Part shown: positions 7,253 through 13,135 of the stretch, piece by piece
How positions within the stretch are numbered: the stretch's first letter is position 1
Layout of the letters: each line of letters begins with the position of its first letter
Assembly: GCA_046570105.1 (NCBI GenBank)
Contig: JBKHVI010000066.1
Span: forward strand, 1 to 13,135
Length of the DNA stretch: 13,135 nucleotides
From: Bacteriovoracia bacterium
Lineage (GTDB): Bacteria; Bdellovibrionota; Bacteriovoracia; Bacteriovoracales; Bacteriovoracaceae
Direction of reading: 5' to 3'
Translations under genes and position numbers: made by a program
Notes under the pieces: model-generated
Database searches by the model: none
Told to the model about the DNA's origin: nothing
What the model saw: the letters and a program-made list of their open reading frames with translations, nothing else

Positions 7253-8808
7253 TATTTAGCAATCCCGACAGCGCGAGTTTCGCGAATCACGGCAACTTTA
7301 ATAGTTCCCGGATAGCTCATTTCTTGCTCAATCTTCTTAGCGATATCACGGCTGAGCATAATTGTTTGCTCATCGTTCAAGCGCTCATTATCAACCAAGA
7401 CGCGAATTTCACGTCCAGCTGAGATAGCGTAACTCTTCGTGACACCTTCAAAGCTGTTAACAATTTTTTCAATGTCTGTAAGACGAGAAACGTAACTTTC
7501 CTTAAGCGCTTTACGAGCTCCTGGACGTGCACCTGAAAGAGCATCTGCAGCAGCCACCAAGTGAGAAAGAACCGATTCTGGTTTTTCATCATCGTGGTGA
7601 GCGCGAATGGCGTGAACGATATCTGGTGATTCACCATACTTCTTCGCAAAGTCGGCACCGATCACAGCGTGTGAGCCTTCAGCTGAAGCATCAAGCACTT
7701 TGCCGATATCGTGCATGAGTCCGGCACGTCGAGCTTGTTTCACATTAAGACCAAGTTCCGCTGCCATGTTACCGCAAATGAAGGCGGCCTCAAGAGCATG
7801 CTGGTATTGGTTTTGGGTGTAACTTGTGCGCCAGTTTAGAGCACCGATCAATTTAAGAATTTCTGGATGGATACCATGAACACCGATTTCCATCTGAGCT
7901 TTCTCGCCCAATTCACGAAGACGAGTTTCAACTTCGTGCTTCGATTTATCATGGAACTCTTCAATTTTAGCTGGGTGAATTCGACCATCGGCCATCAGGC
8001 GCTCAATGGTCATGCGGGCGATTTCTTTACGAACAACGTTGAAGCTTGAAATGGTCACCACACCTGGGGTGTCATCGATAATCAAATCAACGCCACAGAT
8101 TTGTTCGAAAGCGCGAATGTTACGACCTTCACGACCAATCAAGCGGCCCTTGATACCATCGTCCGCGAGCTCAACTGTTGAGATGGTTTGTTCCGCTACG
8201 TATTCCCCTGCAAAACGCTGAATAGCAATACCAACGATACGCTTGGCGCGCTTTTCAGCTTCTTCTTTCGCTTCTTCTTCGATACGAACCACACGCTTGG
8301 CGGCTTCGACTTTAGCTTCTTCTTCGATGGCGGCGATCAATTGGTTTTTGGCTTCTTCTTTAGTGAGGCCAGAAATTACAGTGAGCTTATTAGCAAGTTC
8401 GTCTTGTTTCTCAATGACTTTCTTGGTTTCAAGATCAAGCTTTTGCGCTTTCGTTTCAAACTCTGTTTCTTTCTGTTTTGTGCGCTCAACTTGCTTTTGC
8501 ATCTCTTCAGCTTTCTGCTCAAGAGCCACTTCTTTTTTAGTTAAGCCACGTTCAAGATCGGCGATGCCTTTCTTCTTGCGCTCAAGTTCATTCTCAAGCT
8601 GCTGGCGCTCTTCACGGATGATTTGTTTAGCTTCATCACGAGCATTTTTGCGCAAAACTTCAGCTTCATTTTTAGCTTTCGCCAAAAGTTCTGCCCCTTG
8701 AGAAGCTGCTGCTGCATCCGATTTAGAATTTTTCGTCTTAGCGACTACAAAAGCAACGATTGCTCCGATAACGACGCCGACGACGGCAAAAATAATTGAT
8801 TCATTCAT
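7252..8808 (-). CDS. rny: Ribonuclease Y
   Basis: 518 aa. N-terminal TM helix, long coiled coil, KH domain (KGRLIGREGRNIRAFE...GVDLIIDDTP), HD domain (AGLMHDIGK, HAIRAHH, ADALSGARPGAR), C-terminal AGREIRV...YPGTIKVAVIRE. Strong SD GAGAGG. Confidence 0.98.
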   Translation of the reverse strand: MNESIIFAVVGVVIGAIVAFVVAKTKNSKSDAAAASQGAELLAKAKNEAEVLRKNARDEAKQIIREERQQLENELERKKKGIADLERGLTKKEVALEQKAEEMQKQVERTKQKETEFETKAQKLDLETKKVIEKQDELANKLTVISGLTKEEAKNQLIAAIEEEAKVEAAKRVVRIEEEAKEEAEKRAKRIVGIAIQRFAGEYVAEQTISTVELADDGIKGRLIGREGRNIRAFEQICGVDLIIDDTPGVVTISSFNVVRKEIARMTIERLMADGRIHPAKIEEFHDKSKHEVETRLRELGEKAQMEIGVHGIHPEILKLIGALNWRTSYTQNQYQHALEAAFICGNMAAELGLNVKQARRAGLMHDIGKVLDASAEGSHAVIGADFAKKYGESPDIVHAIRAHHDDEKPESVLSHLVAAADALSGARPGARKALKESYVSRLTDIEKIVNSFEGVTKSYAISAGREIRVLVDNERLNDEQTIMLSRDIAKKIEQEMSYPGTIKVAVIRETRAVGIAK

Positions 8809-8833
8809 AAGTTATCCTCTCTCAAAAACTGAC

Positions 8834-9379
8834 TCAAGACTTTAGGCTTAGAATCTTTGTGTCAGTAATAATCCAATCCATTTTTTGATCATGCGCTTCG
8901 GTTTCAAATCCATCACGCAACTGTTCTTCAAAGCAAATTCCAATCACTCCGGCGCGTGGTCTCCAGCTTGCGAGCAGTCGGTCATAAAAACCACCACCAC
9001 GTCCTAAGCGAAACCCATCTCCACTAAAAGCCAGACCTGGCACCACGATCACATCCGGTTCACAGTCTGCTCCAGCTCCGAGCCAATGACCTTTAGTCGG
9101 AAGCCCACCTTCGGGGATGAGATACTTCATGCTCTCATCTTCTGGAGCTGGGTACGCCAGCTGCCAGGGGAAGTGACTCCAGCGACTTCTTTCAAAACGG
9201 GGCTCACCGCGAATTGGAAGATAGAGGCCAATGATTGATAGAGGGGATTGGTGGTCGAGGGAAACAAGATGTTGAATAAGCTGAGCTTCAATAGCAAGAG
9301 AGCGACGCTGACAATCTTCCGAACTCATGGCACGCAGAACGTGCTTGATATCGTTCCTTAAACTCTCTTTCGTTATCAC
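8834..9379 (-). CDS. ygfA: 5-formyltetrahydrofolate cyclo-ligase
   Basis: KESLR N-terminus, PDVIVVPGLAF...RLGRGGGFYDRLL and EAHDQKMDWIIT signatures. GTG start with GGGAG SD. Confidence 0.95.
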   Translation of the reverse strand: MITKESLRNDIKHVLRAMSSEDCQRRSLAIEAQLIQHLVSLDHQSPLSIIGLYLPIRGEPRFERSRWSHFPWQLAYPAPEDESMKYLIPEGGLPTKGHWLGAGADCEPDVIVVPGLAFSGDGFRLGRGGGFYDRLLASWRPRAGVIGICFEEQLRDGFETEAHDQKMDWIITDTKILSLKS

Positions 9380-9405
9380 AGGATCTCCCGTTCAAACCAA
9401 AAAGC

Positions 9406-9696
9406 TTAAGACTGTTGCTGCAACTGTGACATGGCCTGTTCCATCGAACCTTCCAAGCGCAGTACTGTCGTTTTAAACTCTTGCTCCAACTTCACTTTTT
9501 CTGTCGCCATTTTTAAGGCAACTAGCACCGCTACATCTGTACTGCGCATTTCGGGGCGAGCAAGTTTCAGCTCTGCCACTTCTTTTTGCACCAGTTGAAC
9601 AACCGCGCGGGCCACATCACGTTCATTGTCCTCAGGACGGATTTTAATCCGGCATCCGAGAACCTCTACATCAATTTCCTGACTCAAATCAGTCAT
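9406..9696 (-). CDS. zapA: Cell division protein ZapA
   Basis: 96 aa. VEVLG N-terminal strand, VAVLVALKMA motif, C-terminal coiled coil, and the typical position upstream of ygfA and rny. Confidence 0.85.
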   Translation of the reverse strand: MTDLSQEIDVEVLGCRIKIRPEDNERDVARAVVQLVQKEVAELKLARPEMRSTDVAVLVALKMATEKVKLEQEFKTTVLRLEGSMEQAMSQLQQQS

Positions 9697-9702
9697 GAAA
9701 TT

Positions 9703-9731
9703 AGGGTAGGTCTAAGGGCCACTAAAGTCAA
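9703..9731 (-). promoter_or_regulatory. Putative sigma70 promoter for zapA-ygfA-rny (leaderless geometry)
   Basis: TTGACT (9731-9726), 17 nt, TACCCT (9708-9703), 6 nt, then the zapA ATG. AT-rich tract upstream of the -35. No SD before zapA. Confidence 0.6.
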
Positions 9732-9747
9732 TAAAACCAAAGAATTA

Positions 9748-10821
9748 TCAAGCCTCGGCAAGGCCCACGAGCGCTGCGACATATTCGCTTACAACAAAGG
9801 GCTGTAGATCATCCACACTCTCCCCCACACCGATATAAGTAATGGGAACTTTAAGCTCTTCGACAATCCCTACCGCACTGCCAGCCTTGGCCGATCCATC
9901 ACACTTGGTGAAGACGAGACCTGTAAGGCCTAAGGCCTTGTGAAATTCGGCGGCTTGCTTCAGTGCGTTCTGACCGGTGATTGCGTCAATAACCAACCAA
10001 ACCTCATGAGGATAGTCCGGTGAAACCTTACTCATCACGCGCTTCGTTTTGGCCAATTCATCCATCAAACCGGTGGCCGTGTGAAGACGGCCTGCCGTAT
10101 CCACTAAACAATAATCATGACCATCTTTCATCGCACGCGCGACAGTGTCATAGGCTACACCACTCGGATCAGCGCCATCTTTCGCGCGGACCATGTCAGC
10201 ACCAGCGCGGTCACACCACACTTGGAGTTGATCTACCGCCGCCGCTCGGAAAGTATCACACGCACCCACGAGCACTCGTGAACCTTCACTTTGTAATTTA
10301 GCGGCGAGCTTTCCGATGGTGGTGGTTTTACCTGCACCATTAACCCCCACGATCATAATCACACGGGGCTTTGATTTATTTTTAAGCGGATCTCCAGAGC
10401 TCGTATGAAATGGCGCGAGCTTGGCCGTGAGAAATTGCGCCAGAACTTTTTTCAGTCCTGCTTCGTCTTGATAATCGCCACGGCGACGGCGCAATTCTTC
10501 CAGTAAATCTCCCACTAGTTTCGGTGGAAGATCGGCAGTGTAGAGAATTTCTTCGGCTGCTTCAAATGAGGCATCATCTCCACCACCTAGAGCTTGAGCA
10601 AGTTTCGCCCATACATCTTGGCGCGCACGAGACAAACCTAACGTTAGTCTTTCGGTCCAACTAGGGCCTTTAGCTACAGATGGCTTTTCAATTTTTTCAA
10701 CGACGATAGGTGCTGGAGCGGATGGTGCTATCTCAACAGGTTTAGTTTTTTTGCCCTTAAACCAAAACGCCGCTCCCGCAGTAACGACAGCAACTCCAAA
10801 ACCAATTAACAACATTTCCAT
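9748..10821 (-). CDS. ftsY: Signal recognition particle receptor FtsY with N-terminal transmembrane anchor
   Basis: SRP GTPase motifs GVNGAGKTTTIGKLA, DTFRAAA, DTAGR, TKCDGSAKAG, GVGE. Start reassigned from 10917 to ATG 10821 (MEMLLIG, 357 aa) because it has a GAGAGG SD and removes the overlap with the upstream gene. Confidence 0.97.
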   Translation of the reverse strand: MEMLLIGFGVAVVTAGAAFWFKGKKTKPVEIAPSAPAPIVVEKIEKPSVAKGPSWTERLTLGLSRARQDVWAKLAQALGGGDDASFEAAEEILYTADLPPKLVGDLLEELRRRRGDYQDEAGLKKVLAQFLTAKLAPFHTSSGDPLKNKSKPRVIMIVGVNGAGKTTTIGKLAAKLQSEGSRVLVGACDTFRAAAVDQLQVWCDRAGADMVRAKDGADPSGVAYDTVARAMKDGHDYCLVDTAGRLHTATGLMDELAKTKRVMSKVSPDYPHEVWLVIDAITGQNALKQAAEFHKALGLTGLVFTKCDGSAKAGSAVGIVEELKVPITYIGVGESVDDLQPFVVSEYVAALVGLAEA

Positions 10822-10826
10822 AGAAG

Positions 10827-10846
10827 CCTCTCTAAGAATTGAGAGG
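10827..10846 (-). promoter_or_regulatory. Hairpin pairing the ftsY Shine-Dalgarno
   Basis: mRNA reads UAA-U-CCUCUC-AAUUCUUA-GAGAGG-CUUCU-AUG: a perfect 6-bp stem whose 3' arm is the SD. Confidence 0.5.
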
Positions 10847-10847
10847 A

Positions 10848-11420
10848 TTAAAAACGACCTGGGGCCTGATAGTAAAGGGCCAAGTAGTTCCAGATCATAC
10901 GCGCAGTGGCGCCCCACAAAATATGGGTCTTATCAGTCTGATTTTTATGATGCAGATAGTGACGTGCACGAATTGGCGTCATTAAGACCTTGTGAGTCGT
11001 GCGACCATTAAACAGTCCCCAACTCCAATTCTCTGGATTATTGAGTTCACTCCAAGGGACAGCGAGGAGATCATCCCACTCCCCGTTTGAAACTGCCGAT
11101 TGCAAAAATCCTTCAAGCGACATCGACAGTGTAGCTACGACAGGAACAATCGCTTGCGCTCGCGCCGTAAAAACTGGTGGGAGCACACCTAGGCATTCAA
11201 TATTTTTAGCATGTAGCCCGCTCTCTTCAGTAAACTCGCGACAGGCCACCTCGAAGGGATGAGTCTCATCAGACTTTTTGTGACCACCAAAAAACGCCAT
11301 CTGCCCTGCGTGAGTGGGCATCTGCAGACTTCGTTTGATCAATATGAGATGAGTTTCATTAGTCAAAAGCACGGATGATCCGGCCCATGGCCAGCTTGGA
11401 TCAAAAGAGGGAAAATTCAT
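10848..11420 (-). CDS. Nudix hydrolase, CoA pyrophosphatase (NudL/PCD1-like) subfamily
   Basis: LIKRSLQMPTHAGQMAFFGG (NuCoA-like motif) preceding the Nudix box ACREFTEESGL, and C-terminal ILWGATARMI. Start taken at ATG 11420 (190 aa); 11438 is an alternative. The track's 11555 start runs deep into epmA. Confidence 0.88.
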   Translation of the reverse strand: MNFPSFDPSWPWAGSSVLLTNETHLILIKRSLQMPTHAGQMAFFGGHKKSDETHPFEVACREFTEESGLHAKNIECLGVLPPVFTARAQAIVPVVATLSMSLEGFLQSAVSNGEWDDLLAVPWSELNNPENWSWGLFNGRTTHKVLMTPIRARHYLHHKNQTDKTHILWGATARMIWNYLALYYQAPGRF

Positions 11421-11423
11421 TTC

Positions 11424-12383
11424 ATGCGTCGGCGTCATCAGTTTGAACTTATACAGTCTCTGCGGCAGTTCTTCCAGGACAAAGGTTTTCTGGAAACGCT
11501 GACTCCTCCCATGGTGCCAAATCCTGGAATGGAAACACATGTTCATCCGTTTCAAGTCATGTCGGCCAAAGATAAATCATTCCGCCCTTTTTATTTGCAT
11601 ACCTCTCCGGAGTTCTGTCTGAAAGAACTTTTGAGTGAGCATGCATCGGAAGGGCTCTCTAATATTTACAGCCTGTCTTATTGCTTTCGCGATGAACCTG
11701 AGTCACCTATTCATCGTTCTCAGTTTCTCATGCTCGAGTGGTATCGCCTTCATCACCGTTATGAAACGATCATGGATGACACCGAAAAGCTTATTCAATG
11801 GTGTCTTGATAAAACACCAGCACCCGTTCGTGCTGAAATTAAAAATCAAAAGATGACTCGAGTGACGATGGAAGAGCTATGGCTTGAAACCATTAAGCGC
11901 AATCCGCTAGATTTCTTAGATGCAAAAGATCTTCGCACTTTAATCCAAAAAGATTTCCCCGAAGTCCCTCTACCTTCTGTTGAACTTGCCTGGGACGATT
12001 TATTCTTCCTTCTTCATCTCAATAAAGTTGAAACTCATCTCAAGAACTGGCCACTTTTATTGGTTAAAGAATTCCCTGCTCCTCTCGCGGCCCTCTCTAC
12101 AATCAAGGCGACGGATGCGCGTGTGTGTGAGCGTTTTGAAGTTTATGTGAATGGAATTGAACTTTGTAATGCCTATAATGAATTAACTGATGTATCTGAG
12201 CAGCGCCGACGCTTTAAACTACAAGCACAAGAAAAAAAACATATTTATAATTATGAACTGCCTGAACCAACTCGCTTTCTCGAAAGTCTCGAACGAGGAA
12301 TGCCGCCGGCAAGTGGCATCGCTTTAGGAGTTGAGCGCTTGCTCCACTCCCTTTTCGATGTAGAAAATCCTTTCTTCTACTGA
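11424..12383 (+). CDS. epmA: EF-P lysine aminoacylase EpmA (GenX/PoxA), LysRS catalytic-domain paralogue
   Basis: 319 aa, no anticodon-binding domain. Motifs LRQFFQDKGFLETLTP, LHTSPEF, FRDE...H..QFLMLEWYR, ERFEVYVNGIELCNAYNELTD, GMPPASGIALGVERL. Confidence 0.93.
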   Translation: MRRRHQFELIQSLRQFFQDKGFLETLTPPMVPNPGMETHVHPFQVMSAKDKSFRPFYLHTSPEFCLKELLSEHASEGLSNIYSLSYCFRDEPESPIHRSQFLMLEWYRLHHRYETIMDDTEKLIQWCLDKTPAPVRAEIKNQKMTRVTMEELWLETIKRNPLDFLDAKDLRTLIQKDFPEVPLPSVELAWDDLFFLLHLNKVETHLKNWPLLLVKEFPAPLAALSTIKATDARVCERFEVYVNGIELCNAYNELTDVSEQRRRFKLQAQEKKHIYNYELPEPTRFLESLERGMPPASGIALGVERLLHSLFDVENPFFY

Positions 12384-13135
12384 GCGTCCTGCAACTTATT
12401 CATGCCTGACTGAAGCTTGATCACTACTTCAGATTTAATATGCTGAATGTGGGCCTTGGTTGCCCAATTTAAATGCACTTGGGCATCTGTGTTGGCACGA
12501 ATCGTTCCCTTCCATAAATCTGGAAAATCTTTAGCAAGTTGTGCTGAGAAAACGGCGTACCACGTTCTGAAGTCGGCTGGTTTTGCTTCAAGAGCATCAA
12601 GCATATCGAGAACTTTCTCTGAAATAACACGTTTGATGAAAAACAAATTCCCTTGCTTCAAAACTTCATCTTTGAAGGAGAGCTGAAGAAACTTAACTGC
12701 AAAGCTCTGTGTCCACTTGATTAATTTATCACTTGGTTGTTCTTCGTAACTCTCAAGTGACGCATACACTTCGTCGAGCATGACTCCTCGATAGATACCT
12801 TCTCGACTGCCACCGCCTTCAAGAACATTAATCCATTTGGCTAAATCTTCATCACGAGCAGGTCCACGACGAGTCGCTTGAAATAACTCTCTTAGAAATG
12901 CAAGATCATACGCTCTTCTTTTTTCCGCTGGAAGTGCATCAAACTCTTTGCCTTGCTTACGGAGTTCTGAGTCCATCTTATAGACTGAAGCATCGGTATT
13001 TTTTCGAGTAAGTTCTGGTAAAACAGGTAGCGCCATTTCTGCTGGGCCTTCAGGCACAGGAGCCGCTCCGATCAATTTTACTGTGGCCTCAGCCCCTAGA
13101 ATTTTTGTAAGCAGCGGTCTCACGCTTCCCTTCCA
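12377..13135 (-). CDS. Hypothetical protein, probably 5'-truncated, with a DUF4214-like helical segment
   Basis: The frame stays open from the GTG at 13123 to the window edge (W-K-G-S-V-R-P...), so the true start is likely outside. The segment FLRELFQATRRGPARDEDLAKWINVLEGGGSREGIYRG resembles the DUF4214 pattern from memory. The stop overlaps the epmA 3' end by 7 nt. Confidence 0.75.
   Translation of the reverse strand, partial: WKGSVRPLLTKILGAEATVKLIGAAPVPEGPAEMALPVLPELTRKNTDASVYKMDSELRKQGKEFDALPAEKRRAYDLAFLRELFQATRRGPARDEDLAKWINVLEGGGSREGIYRGVMLDEVYASLESYEEQPSDKLIKWTQSFAVKFLQLSFKDEVLKQGNLFFIKRVISEKVLDMLDALEAKPADFRTWYAVFSAQLAKDFPDLWKGTIRANTDAQVHLNWATKAHIQHIKSEVVIKLQSGMNKLQDAQ

Noticed and set aside
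8006..8701. Plus-strand ORFs of 71, 118 and 152 aa
   Set aside because: Antisense shadows of the Lys/Glu/Ala-rich rny sequence, giving Phe/Ser-rich translations with no motifs.
10822..10917. 32-aa N-terminal extension of FtsY in the ORF track
   Set aside because: Overlaps the Nudix 3' end. ATG 10821 has a strong SD and starts directly with the TM anchor.
11439..11555. N-terminal extension of the CoA-type Nudix ORF
   Set aside because: Lies antisense to the conserved EpmA motif-1 region and has no Nudix-like features; most likely an incidental open frame.
1533..12686. Remaining short alternative-frame or antisense ORFs (60-123 aa) in the track
   Set aside because: All are nested in or largely overlap better-supported genes and have no recognisable motifs.

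Overview
Gene-dense bacterial window. All genes lie on the minus strand except epmA. In transcription order on the minus strand: 5'-truncated hypothetical (DUF4214-like segment), [epmA on the + strand], CoA-pyrophosphatase-type Nudix hydrolase, ftsY with an N-terminal membrane anchor, zapA, 5-formyl-THF cyclo-ligase (ygfA), rny (RNase Y), SDR oxidoreductase, small membrane protein, 1181-aa secreted Cys-rich orphan, MutT-type Nudix, multi-TM His-motif protein, four-CxxC membrane zinc-ribbon protein, and a CNNM/CorB-type (DUF21+CBS) metal transporter that runs off the left edge. Gene content and the orphan's style suggest a Bdellovibrionota (Bacteriovorax-like) genome; this is inference only. 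No mobile element, CRISPR, tRNA or rRNA was seen. Best leads: (i) an uncharacterised coupled pair (His-motif membrane protein plus LITAF-like split zinc ribbon) upstream of the CNNM gene; (ii) a giant secreted protein behind a sigma28-like -10 element and a repeat-rich control region; (iii) no 6S RNA at its usual zapA-ygfA site, while a ~155-nt rod-foldable intergenic region sits upstream of the CNNM gene; (iv) epmA wedged antisense with essentially no intergenic space; (v) a likely leaderless zapA and an SD-sequestering hairpin before ftsY. All assignments come from reading motifs by eye; no searches were run.
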